From Planctomycetota bacterium (GTDB lineage Bacteria > Planctomycetota > Phycisphaerae > Phycisphaerales > UBA1924): 64,000 nt of DNA. The notes beneath the pieces were generated by a model. That model was not told where the DNA came from and made no database searches. It was given only the letters and a program-made list of their open reading frames with translations. Position numbers and translations under genes: made by a program. Where the stretch lies: assembly GCA_038521625.1 (NCBI GenBank), contig JBCBKP010000001.1, positions 75,247 to 139,246 of the forward strand, read 5' to 3'. Position 1 is the first letter of the stretch; each line of letters opens with the position of its first letter. Shown here in pieces: positions 27,611-36,943 of this stretch.

Positions 27611-28999
27611 ATGAGCGGCACCTTCCCGGATCTGGACAAGTGGCAGGAGGAGGCCGAGTCGCTCGGTGCGCAGGTCGACGAGCTGCTCGGGAATCTCTCC
27701 TCGCTCTGCCAGCGGCTCGTCGAGGGCGAGGGCGAGACCGAGGGCAGCGGAGAGGCCGGGATCGAGGCCGGCGCCGCGATCGGCGACGAGGGCGAGGTCG
27801 CCGCGAAGGCGTCGGCGGAATCCGAGGCCTCCGGGGAGCCGTCGAGGATCGATGCGATCCCCGATCCGCCGACCGATCCGCTCACCGACCAGCCGACCGA
27901 GTCGGCGTCGGAGGAAGCGCCGGATGACTCGGCGGACGACGCGGCGGACGGAGCCGGTGACGCCGAGGCGAGCGAATCGAGCGGAGAAGACGCGGCCCCG
28001 GCCGTCGAGGCCGAGTCGGCTGCGCCGGCCGAGGGGGCCGCTGAGGATGCGCCGGCGGCAACGGACCCGGAGACCTCGCCGGAGGAATCGAAGGTCGACG
28101 CGGAGCTGGACGATCTCGATCGTGAGCTGGCGGCGCTCGATGAGGGAGAGCTCGGCGACGATCAGGGCCAGGTCGAAGCGACCGCGGACATCAGCCTCGA
28201 TCCGGCGGACGAGCTCGAGACGGACGTGGCCGACGACGAGCTCGCGGAGCTCGACGAGGCGTTGGCGGCGCCCGGGTCGGACCCGACGGGCGTGGCCGAC
28301 GAGCTGGAGCGTGAGTTCGGCGGTGAGGCCGAGAGCGAGATCGCGGCCGATCTCGACGGGGCGGGGGAGCTCGACGATGCGCCGGGGGGCGACGCGCCCG
28401 AGCCGTCGTCGTCGGTCCCGCCGCCGCCCGCCGACGAGGATCCCCAGCTGGACCCGGTGCCGACGCTGGATTCGTTCGGCGGGCCGCAGCTCGAGGCGGA
28501 GGCCGCGGATCGCTCGAAGCAGCTCGACGCGGTGCCGTCGAGCGTCGGCTTCGATTTCGCGGCCTGGTGCAGCGAGACCTCCGACGAGTTCCGGGAGCGC
28601 GTGCGGGAGAAGCTGCCGCCGCGCCCGGAGGCGGACTGGTCGGGCCGGTTCGGCTGGCTGCGGACGCTGCTGGCATGGTTCGGCTGGTTCACCCCGCCGG
28701 TCGCGACGGTCGGCGGTTCGATCACGTACCGCGAGTCGAAGAAGCTCACTCTGTGGTCGCTGGCGCGGCTGGACCCGGTGGTCGCGCGGCTGATCAACAC
28801 GGCGTACCGGCCGATCAACGCGCAGCCCGCGCAGGTGCGATCGGCGCTCGGCTGGATCGGGCTCTACACGCTGTTCATCGCGATGTGCGTGTGGATGTTC
28901 GTGCTGTTCTTCCGGGCGCCGAACGTGCCGGAGGTCGACGGCGGCGTGTTCCTGAACAGCGGCGAGCCGGGCGTGCAGCAGGTCTCCGCCGGCGAGTGA
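27611..28999 (+). CDS. hypothetical acidic low-complexity protein with C-terminal membrane domain
   Basis: ATG at 27611; an in-frame GTG lies at 27599. About 300 aa of D/E/A/S-rich disordered sequence is followed by WSGRFGWLRTLLAWFGWFTPP...LYTLFIAMCVWMFVLFF, two TM segments. The antisense ORFs 27541..27885 and 27569..29500 are rejected. Confidence 0.5.
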   Translation: MSGTFPDLDKWQEEAESLGAQVDELLGNLSSLCQRLVEGEGETEGSGEAGIEAGAAIGDEGEVAAKASAESEASGEPSRIDAIPDPPTDPLTDQPTESASEEAPDDSADDAADGAGDAEASESSGEDAAPAVEAESAAPAEGAAEDAPAATDPETSPEESKVDAELDDLDRELAALDEGELGDDQGQVEATADISLDPADELETDVADDELAELDEALAAPGSDPTGVADELEREFGGEAESEIAADLDGAGELDDAPGGDAPEPSSSVPPPPADEDPQLDPVPTLDSFGGPQLEAEAADRSKQLDAVPSSVGFDFAAWCSETSDEFRERVREKLPPRPEADWSGRFGWLRTLLAWFGWFTPPVATVGGSITYRESKKLTLWSLARLDPVVARLINTAYRPINAQPAQVRSALGWIGLYTLFIAMCVWMFVLFFRAPNVPEVDGGVFLNSGEPGVQQVSAGE

Positions 29000-29075
29000 T
29001 CTCGTTCGTTCGAAATGCCGGACGCGATCGTTGGATCGCGGCCGGCGGGGCTCGTCCGGTGCGGGGCCGTCTGCC

Positions 29076-29285
29076 TTAGTAGTCGTCGTTGCTGACGCCG
29101 ACGCCGGAGGCCGAGGCCGCGGCGAAGGCTTCCGCCGAGAACGAGAACGAGTCGTTCTCTCGGACGACGGGCTGCGCCGCCGGCGGCTGGTTGTCGGTCT
29201 CGAGTGACCGGTTCTGGTTGGCCGGCTGGGGGGCGGCGGCCTGGATGGCGTTGGCCCCGGCGTTGATCGAAGCGATCCCTGGCAT
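29076..29285 (-). CDS. small hypothetical protein (69 aa)
   Basis: ATG at 29285 is preceded by GGGAGATCACGC. Product: MPGIASINAGANAIQAAAPQPANQNRSLETDNQPPAAQPVVRENDSFSFSAEAFAAASASGVGVSNDDY. It is downstream of asnS. Confidence 0.35.
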   Translation of the reverse strand: MPGIASINAGANAIQAAAPQPANQNRSLETDNQPPAAQPVVRENDSFSFSAEAFAAASASGVGVSNDDY

Positions 29286-29507
29286 GCGTGATCTCCCTTC
29301 ACGGAACGGCTGGATCGGGCCATGCCGCACGCCGACGCGGCGTGGGGCATAGCCGATCCCCGAGGGAGAACGGTCGCGGGTGGGGCGTCGATTCCGGTGC
29401 GGCGCGTTCGAGAGCAGATCCTGAGCGGGCTGCGAGCTTCGTTCCGAGCGCGTGCGGGATCCCCCGGATTCGGAACGGTCCGCCCGGATCTCGGACTCAA
29501 GTCGGAC

Positions 29508-30974
<1,467 letters not shown>

Positions 30975-31178
30975 CTGGCGCGTTCCTCGGGTCTCGGAGT
31001 CTGGGCGGAGATCGTAGATGGCTCCCGGGAACGCGGGGCGGGGCAAAGAGTTCGCCGGTTTCCCGAACTACGATCTCGGCGGGCGGGTCTCGCCCATGCG
31101 ACCGGGGAACGGGCTGCGACAGCGCCCGCGGCGGGACCCATCCGGGGTCGCAGTCGTCGCCGGTCGCGGGGGAACCAC

Positions 31179-32822
31179 ATGAGCATGCTGATCCTGCTGG
31201 CCGGTCTCGTCATCGCGGCGACCATCCTCGGCTACGCGATGAAGGCGCCGGAGAAGGTCCGGACGGCCGCGATCGCAACCTCGCTGGTCGCGGGTCTGCT
31301 GATCGTGTTCGGCTCGGCGGCGCTGGGCTCGGTGCGGTTCGTGGGCGCGAGCCAGATCGGCATCGTCACCAAGAACGCGCTGGGGCCGAAGCTCGCGGGC
31401 GGCAAGATCATCGCGACCGAGGGGGAGATGGGCGTGCAGGCGGAGGTCCTGAGCCCGGGCTGGCACTTCTGGTACTGGCCGGTGCTGTACGACGTGCGGA
31501 CCGAGCCCTTGATCGAGATCCCCGAGGGCAAGGTCGGGCTGGTCGAGGCGCGCGACGGTGCGCCGCTGGGCCAGGGGCAGCTGTTCGCGCCCGAGGAGAC
31601 GTCGGCCGAGTTCAAGAAGATGGTCGAGGACGCGGGGTACTTCCTGGGCGGCGCGGGGCGGAAGGGGCCGCAGTCCAACGTTCTGACGCCGGGCCGGTAC
31701 CGCCTGAACACGCAGCTCTTCGAGGTGACGCTCGTCGACCGGATCGACGTCCCGCAGGCGTTCGTCGGCGTGGTCAAGTCGAACGTGGGCGGCGAGCCCT
31801 CGGTCGAGGTGCGCGCGACCGACAGCGAGGACCCGGTGGTCCTGGCGGGCCCCAACGAGAAGGGCATCCGCGCGCAGCCGCTGCCCGAGGGCCCGCACCC
31901 CCTGAGCCCGAGCGCGTTCGAGGTGACGATGGTCTCGACCGCGAAGCGCGTGATCCGCTTCACCGAGGACCGCCAGCTGGCGAACGACGCGACCGAGGAG
32001 GAGCAGCCGATCGAGGTGCGCACGAGCGACGGCTTCACGTTCCCGGTCGACGTACGCGTCGTTTACCGCATCGACCCGGCGAACGCGCCGATCGTGATCC
32101 GCGAGCTCAAGGACGACGAGAAGAACCTGCTCGACAACCTCAACTCCGCGATCCGCGCGATCTTCCGGAACAACGCCGAGAGCGTGAAGGCGCTCGACTA
32201 CGTCAACCAGCGCAGCCAGCAGGAGCAGCAGTCGCTCGAGATGCTCCGGATCGCGATGCGCTCGGTCGGCGTGACCGTCGACGCGGTGTACATCGGCGAC
32301 GTCGGCAACGAGCAGACGCTCGGCGACCTGCTGAAGACCCAGACCGACCGCGAGATCGCGCGACAGGAGCTGGAGACCTTCCGCCAGCAGCAGCTCGCCG
32401 CGGAGCAGCAGAAGGAGCTGGAGCGGACGCGCCAGGAGGCCCAGGAAGAGCGGCGCCTCGCGACCGCGAGCTACGAGGTGCAGATCGCCGAGCAGGCCCA
32501 GCAGCGCCGGATCATCGAGGCGCAGGCGACGGCCGAGGCGATCAAGATCGAGGCGGCGGCGCAGGCGGACGCGTACCGGCTGATCGCGACGCAGGTCGGC
32601 CCGGGCAACGCGGCTCTGCTAGAACTGCTGCGGATCGTCGGCGAGCGCGGGATCGAGATCACGCCCCGCGTGATGGTCGCGGGCGGCGGCGCGGCCGCGC
32701 CGGGCGGCGTGCCGGGCTCGCCCGAGACGGTGGCGCTGATCGGGACGATGCTGGACAGCATGCTGAGCCGGCAGGAGCCGGGTGAGGCTGGCGTCCCGGC
32801 ACGCGCGGCCAACCAGGAGTGA
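31179..32822 (+). CDS. SPFH/band-7 (flotillin/YqiK-like) domain protein
   Basis: ATG at 31179 gives MSMLILLAGLVIAATILGYAM, a TM anchor. An SPFH core follows, then a long EA/Q-rich coiled coil: RQELETFRQQQLAAEQQKELERTRQEAQEERR... The upstream 1857 nt of the listed ORF 29322..32822 is antisense to asnS. Confidence 0.8.
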   Translation: MSMLILLAGLVIAATILGYAMKAPEKVRTAAIATSLVAGLLIVFGSAALGSVRFVGASQIGIVTKNALGPKLAGGKIIATEGEMGVQAEVLSPGWHFWYWPVLYDVRTEPLIEIPEGKVGLVEARDGAPLGQGQLFAPEETSAEFKKMVEDAGYFLGGAGRKGPQSNVLTPGRYRLNTQLFEVTLVDRIDVPQAFVGVVKSNVGGEPSVEVRATDSEDPVVLAGPNEKGIRAQPLPEGPHPLSPSAFEVTMVSTAKRVIRFTEDRQLANDATEEEQPIEVRTSDGFTFPVDVRVVYRIDPANAPIVIRELKDDEKNLLDNLNSAIRAIFRNNAESVKALDYVNQRSQQEQQSLEMLRIAMRSVGVTVDAVYIGDVGNEQTLGDLLKTQTDREIARQELETFRQQQLAAEQQKELERTRQEAQEERRLATASYEVQIAEQAQQRRIIEAQATAEAIKIEAAAQADAYRLIATQVGPGNAALLELLRIVGERGIEITPRVMVAGGGAAAPGGVPGSPETVALIGTMLDSMLSRQEPGEAGVPARAANQE

Positions 32823-33298
32823 GCGAGAGCTCGCGCCATCCGCAAGACCTGGCGCCGGGCGAGTGGCACCGCGTCCGGCGCTCTTGGCGAGACGCGCCGC
32901 ACCACATGCGGATGGTGGACATCTCCTTGGCGTTCTCCTGCGTCGCGTTAACGATCGTGATCGCGATTGATGGTGCGAGCTGGTGGTCGCTCGGTGTCCT
33001 GGTATCTGTCGCGAGCGCTCTCACGGCGACTTCGTACACGCCCGAGTTCCTGCACGACTGCTACGCCAATTCACGCGCGATCCGATACAGCGACATCCGG
33101 GGCGAGGTCGTCTTCCGAAAGGGCGACTCGGTCGTGGAAGCGAGCCCGCCGCCGGATCGGATTCGTCCGTGCGGGGTCCGGCTCCGCCGAATCGACGGTC
33201 GGAAGAGGTCTCTCTTGGTCTATCGGTCGGGGTACGCGTCGCTCCGTGCGCTCGGCTGGCTCGGCCCGGAGCCGTCTACCGTTCGGCGTGACGCCTGA
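32819..33298 (+). CDS. hypothetical membrane protein, possibly translationally coupled to the SPFH gene
   Basis: The GTG start overlaps the SPFH TGA as GTGA. There is one TM segment (MVDISLAFSCVALTIVIAIDGASWWSLGVLVSVASAL). GC3 is moderately high. Weak call. Confidence 0.35.
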   Translation: MSESSRHPQDLAPGEWHRVRRSWRDAPHHMRMVDISLAFSCVALTIVIAIDGASWWSLGVLVSVASALTATSYTPEFLHDCYANSRAIRYSDIRGEVVFRKGDSVVEASPPPDRIRPCGVRLRRIDGRKRSLLVYRSGYASLRALGWLGPEPSTVRRDA

Positions 33299-33317
33299 GC
33301 CGCTCAACCCGTTCTCG

Positions 33318-34442
33318 ATGCCGCTGGACGGCTTCCGGGCCGCCGCGGTCGAGCGCGGCTTCGGCCCGGGGCAGGCCGAGCGGGCGTATCGCGAGGTCTT
33401 CCGGGGCGGACGCCTCGAGCGGGTCGTCACAACCCAACTCGGGAGCGGCGGCCGCGGGCGGGCGGCGATCGCGCGGGCGTCGATCGCGCCGATCGTGCGG
33501 GAGATGGCCGAGGCCGGCGACGAGGGCACGACCATCAAGTTCGTCCAGCGCGTCGGGCGCGGCGGTGCGAGGCTCGAGTCGGAGCACCTGGACATCGAGT
33601 CGGTGATCATCCCGATGGTCGGGATGCGCGGGCGGCGGACGCACACGCTGTGCGTCTCAAGCCAGGTCGGCTGCGCGATGGGCTGCGGGTTCTGCGAGAC
33701 GGCGCAGATGGGGCTGGTGCGGCACCTGACGGCCGAGGAGATCGTCGGCCAGTGGTTCGCCGCGACGCATCTCAAGGGCGCCCGGATCGACAACATCGTC
33801 TTCATGGGCATGGGCGAGCCCCTGGACAACGCGGCCGAGGTCCTGCGGGCGATCTCGGTGCTGGCCGACCACAACGGGCCGGCGGTGCCGATGGCGAACA
33901 TCACGATCTCGACGGTGGGGCGGATCGACGGGCTGCGGATGCTCGACGAGGTCGTGAAGCAACGCGGCTGGAAGCGGCTCGGGCTGGCGATCAGCATCAA
34001 CGCGCCCAACGACGAGATCCGCAGCAAGATCATGCCGATCAACCGCGCGATGCCGATGGCCGAGCTGCGCGAGGCGCTGCTGGGATTCCGGCGCGGCAGC
34101 AACCGCAAGCTGTGCTTCGAGTACGTGCTGATCCCGGGCGTGAACGACAGCGCGGACAACGCCCGGGAGCTGGCGGACTACCTCGCGCCGTTCGGGCCCA
34201 AGGACGGCCGGAGCGCGACGGGGCTGGTGAATGTGATCCCGTACAACCCGCGGCGCGACTCGCCCTGGCCGGCGCCCGAGGAGGCGCAGGTCGATCGCTT
34301 CATCGGGTGGCTCCGGGATCGCGGGATGTTCGTGAAGCGCCGGCGGACGAAGGGGCGCGACATGATGGGCGCGTGCGGCCAGCTCGGCACGGCGGAGATC
34401 CGCGGGCGGAGGCTGGTGGGGGCGACCATCGGGGCGACTTAA
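33318..34442 (+). CDS. rlmN: 23S rRNA (adenine2503-C2)-methyltransferase, radical SAM
   Basis: CxxxCxxC appears as SQVGCAMGCGFCETAQ. FMGMGEPLDN and a C-terminal Cys in GACGQLG are present. ATG at 33318 is chosen; an in-frame GTG at 33288 is an alternative. The upstream 117 codons of the listed ORF are junk. Confidence 0.88.
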   Translation: MPLDGFRAAAVERGFGPGQAERAYREVFRGGRLERVVTTQLGSGGRGRAAIARASIAPIVREMAEAGDEGTTIKFVQRVGRGGARLESEHLDIESVIIPMVGMRGRRTHTLCVSSQVGCAMGCGFCETAQMGLVRHLTAEEIVGQWFAATHLKGARIDNIVFMGMGEPLDNAAEVLRAISVLADHNGPAVPMANITISTVGRIDGLRMLDEVVKQRGWKRLGLAISINAPNDEIRSKIMPINRAMPMAELREALLGFRRGSNRKLCFEYVLIPGVNDSADNARELADYLAPFGPKDGRSATGLVNVIPYNPRRDSPWPAPEEAQVDRFIGWLRDRGMFVKRRRTKGRDMMGACGQLGTAEIRGRRLVGATIGAT

Positions 34443-34502
34443 CCGACCTCTCGAGTACAATCCCAGTCGGGGCATTCGGCCTGGTCAGGCGGGAGGATCC
34501 GA

Positions 34503-35042
34503 GTGAATCAATCGATCCAGCGTGAGGCCTTGAGGACGCCGAGCATCGGCGGGGTGTTCGAGATAGGGGCCGAGGGAGCGCGGCAGGCGGACGACAAGGC
34601 CCGCCGTCCAGATTCGCAGCTGGCGCTCAGGACGAAGGACGCTCGAATCAAGGACACGGACATCGAAGATGAATCGTCTTGGTTCCGGAACTTCGCGACG
34701 TTCAAGATCGTAAGTGCTTCAGCTCGCGAGTTGCTGGCGTACGAGAGCTCGGGCAATCTGCCCTCGGCCCCGGGGACGGTGAACGACACCTGTCTCGGTA
34801 TCCATTCCGAGGGCTGGCTCAGCGACCGGCTGCAGAAGCTGCGTCGCATGCACGGCGAGCTTGTCGTGAGCGAGATGTTCTCGGAACGCAAGCCGTGCGC
34901 AGAATGCATTCAGCTTTTGAAGTTCCAGCCGGCGTGCCGGGGTGTCTTCGTTGCATTCGCGGTGAGTCACGCCGGAAACGCGTCTGGTCGCAAGAACGCC
35001 GGGGAGATGGCGGCTCGGCTTCGTCGGGCGTACGGGCTCTAG
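34503..35042 (+). CDS. deaminase-fold protein (CDA superfamily HxE...PCxxC signature), orphan, lower GC
   Basis: GTG at 34503 is preceded by GGGAGGATCCGA. The product has TCLGIHSEGWLSDRLQKL, then 27 aa, then KPCAECIQLL, then GVFVAF. That is the spacing and secondary-structure order of TadA/cytidine-deaminase zinc sites. About 60% GC against ~70% in the flanks. Confidence 0.55.
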   Translation: MNQSIQREALRTPSIGGVFEIGAEGARQADDKARRPDSQLALRTKDARIKDTDIEDESSWFRNFATFKIVSASARELLAYESSGNLPSAPGTVNDTCLGIHSEGWLSDRLQKLRRMHGELVVSEMFSERKPCAECIQLLKFQPACRGVFVAFAVSHAGNASGRKNAGEMAARLRRAYGL

Positions 35043-35632
35043 CCCCGCTCGCCGAACTTCCTCGCCATCACCTCGGCGCGGAATCGGAAGATGTTCCGCA
35101 CGTCCCGCTCGACCAGCAGCGAGTTGACGACCGGCGCCAGGAACAGGCCCGGCACCTCGTAGTGGACGATGTCGCCGCAGAGCGTCTCGACGCCCGACCC
35201 GGTCCGGCGTTCGACGAACGTGTGCTCGTGGTGCCAGCGCACATACGGACCCTTGATCTGGTTGTCGATGAAGCGGGCGGTGCGGGCGTCGCGCTCCGCG
35301 GCGCGGGCCGGCGGCTCCCAGGCGAGGATCTCTGTCTTCCACTTCACGGGCACGCCGCGGATCCGGATCTTGTAGTCGATCAGCGCGCCGGCGCGCATCT
35401 CGATCGGGCGCGGCGTCAGCACGTTGAAGCGCAGCAGCGGTGGGGTCAGCTCGCCGAGGTTGTGGGCGTCGGCGAAGAATGGCCAAAGCTCGTCGAGCGA
35501 GCGCGGCAGCGTCTGCTCGGCGCGGAGGACCCAGCCGCGGCCCTCGCGTGAGACGGTCACGGACTGCCCGGGATCGGTGGGCGCGGTGCGGGTCGTGGAG
35601 GTCGTGGGCGGCTCGGCGGACATCGTGGTCAT
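35039..35632 (-). CDS. SRPBCC (START/Bet v1-like, polyketide cyclase/COQ10-like) family protein
   Basis: WPFFADAHNLGELTPPLLRFNVLT...IDYKIRIRGVPVKWKTEILAWEPP...FIDNQIKGPYVRWHHEHTFV is the family pattern. Start chosen at the ATG at 35632 (MTTMSAEPP); the listed 35719 start would collide with the RBS of the divergent DM13 gene. Confidence 0.7.
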   Translation of the reverse strand: MTTMSAEPPTTSTTRTAPTDPGQSVTVSREGRGWVLRAEQTLPRSLDELWPFFADAHNLGELTPPLLRFNVLTPRPIEMRAGALIDYKIRIRGVPVKWKTEILAWEPPARAAERDARTARFIDNQIKGPYVRWHHEHTFVERRTGSGVETLCGDIVHYEVPGLFLAPVVNSLLVERDVRNIFRFRAEVMARKFGERG

Positions 35633-35733
35633 GGTTGGCTGATCGGCGGTCTGCGTCGGTCGGATTCGAGGGGTTTGCAATGCGGGCGGCGATCGGTTCA
35701 GATGGGGACGCACCGGCAAAGGAGGCCTCGGTC

Positions 35734-36534
35734 ATGAATCGCGTCGCCCGCTCGCTGCTCGCCGTGGCCGTTCTGTGCATCGTCGTCTCGGGTGTGGCCT
35801 CGGGCGTCGCTCGTGCGCAGGAGGTCCTGTACTCGAGCTCGATCTGGTTCGAGGGCCGCGAGGAGATCTCGGGGGCCTACCGGATCGTGCGGGCCGAGGA
35901 GGGCCTGCTGCTGGAGCTCTCGCGTTCGTTCCGCACGAAGGACGCGCCGGACCTCAAGGTCGTCCTGAGCCCGCATCGGATGGAGGACTCGGCGCGGAGC
36001 GCGGGCTCGCAGGCCTCGAACCGCAACGCGCTCGAGGGCGGGCTTGTGCTCGGGCTGCTGAGCTCGAGCCGGGGCGCGGCGCGGTTCGAGATCCCGGCGG
36101 GGACCGACTTCACGCGCTACCGCAGCGTGCTGATCCACTGCGAGGAGTACAGCCTGGTCTGGGGCGGGGCGGACCTGGTCGAGGGCCGGCTCGTGCACGC
36201 CGGCTCGAGCTGGGTGCGCAAGACCAACCGCATCCGAGGTCGCTGGGAGATCGTCGCGGCGGGGAACACCGTGCGCGTGCGCACGGGCGAGGACTTCGAC
36301 ACGCGGAACGCGCCGGATCTCAAGTTCGTGCTCAGCCCGCGGAGCGCCTCGGACAACACCGACCGGACGGCCTTGCAGGGCGGGCGGATCCTCGGGCTGC
36401 TCTCGGACCACGAGAAGGCGCAGGAGGTCACCGTCAGCGGCGTGGACCTCTCGGGGTTCCGGTCGCTGCTGATCCACTGCCAGCAGTACACGAAGCTGTG
36501 GGGCGGCGCGGAACTGGGCGGCTTCGAGTTCTGA
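35734..36534 (+). CDS. secreted tandem DM13-domain protein
   Basis: ATG at 35734 is preceded by AAAGGAGG and gives MNRVARSLLAVAVLCIVVSGVASGVARAQE. Two repeats each have APDLKVVLSP...ALEGG(L/R)(V/I)LGLLS...RSVLIHCEEYSLVWGGADL / LIHCQQYTKLWGGAEL, which I recall as the DM13 motif. Confidence 0.65.
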   Translation: MNRVARSLLAVAVLCIVVSGVASGVARAQEVLYSSSIWFEGREEISGAYRIVRAEEGLLLELSRSFRTKDAPDLKVVLSPHRMEDSARSAGSQASNRNALEGGLVLGLLSSSRGAARFEIPAGTDFTRYRSVLIHCEEYSLVWGGADLVEGRLVHAGSSWVRKTNRIRGRWEIVAAGNTVRVRTGEDFDTRNAPDLKFVLSPRSASDNTDRTALQGGRILGLLSDHEKAQEVTVSGVDLSGFRSLLIHCQQYTKLWGGAELGGFEF

Positions 36535-36548
36535 GCGTGCCGGACGGG

Positions 36549-36902
36549 CTAATAGATCAGTATCTGATCGCCGACGCAGATGTGGAAGCTCTCCGGCACC
36601 CCGCCTCTGCAGATCAGCATCCGAGGACCATCGTCGAAGCAGATCTCTAGCCCGTTGTCGTCGACGAAACGAGCTGAGGCGACTTGCTGGTACACCCGTT
36701 GCCGCAGCCCGAGCGGTTCGTCCATCGCACCCCACGCCGGGGCGTTTCCGATCGTCACCGTGCAGTGGGGTTGAAGATCGATCTGCGCCCGATCACCGAA
36801 GTAGAGCGTGATCATGGACGGGTGCACGTGGTAGCTCATGAGCTGGGTCGAGACGAGCACGGCACCGACGTCGAATCCGCTGTCGCCGTACTGGTAGCGC
36901 AT
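36549..36902 (-). CDS. hypothetical protein (117 aa)
   Basis: Clean ORF with high GC3. Product: MRYQYGDSGFDVGAVLVSTQLMSYHVHPSMITLYFGDRAQIDLQPHCTVTIGNAPAWGAMDEPLGLRQRVYQQVASARFVDDNGLEICFDDGPRMLICRGGVPESFHICVGDQILIY. No family recognised. Confidence 0.5.
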   Translation of the reverse strand: MRYQYGDSGFDVGAVLVSTQLMSYHVHPSMITLYFGDRAQIDLQPHCTVTIGNAPAWGAMDEPLGLRQRVYQQVASARFVDDNGLEICFDDGPRMLICRGGVPESFHICVGDQILIY

Positions 36903-36943
36903 CCGTTCGACCTAGTCCTCGCTGTCTTTAGTCCGCGTGCGGC

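Noticed and set aside
25592-29500. ORFs 25592..27205 (-, 537 aa), 26203..27927 (+, 574 aa) and 27569..29500 (-, 643 aa)
   Set aside because: They are off-frame or antisense to the prenyltransferase-repeat gene, rsmE and the acidic protein. They have extreme Arg/Pro content and no motifs.
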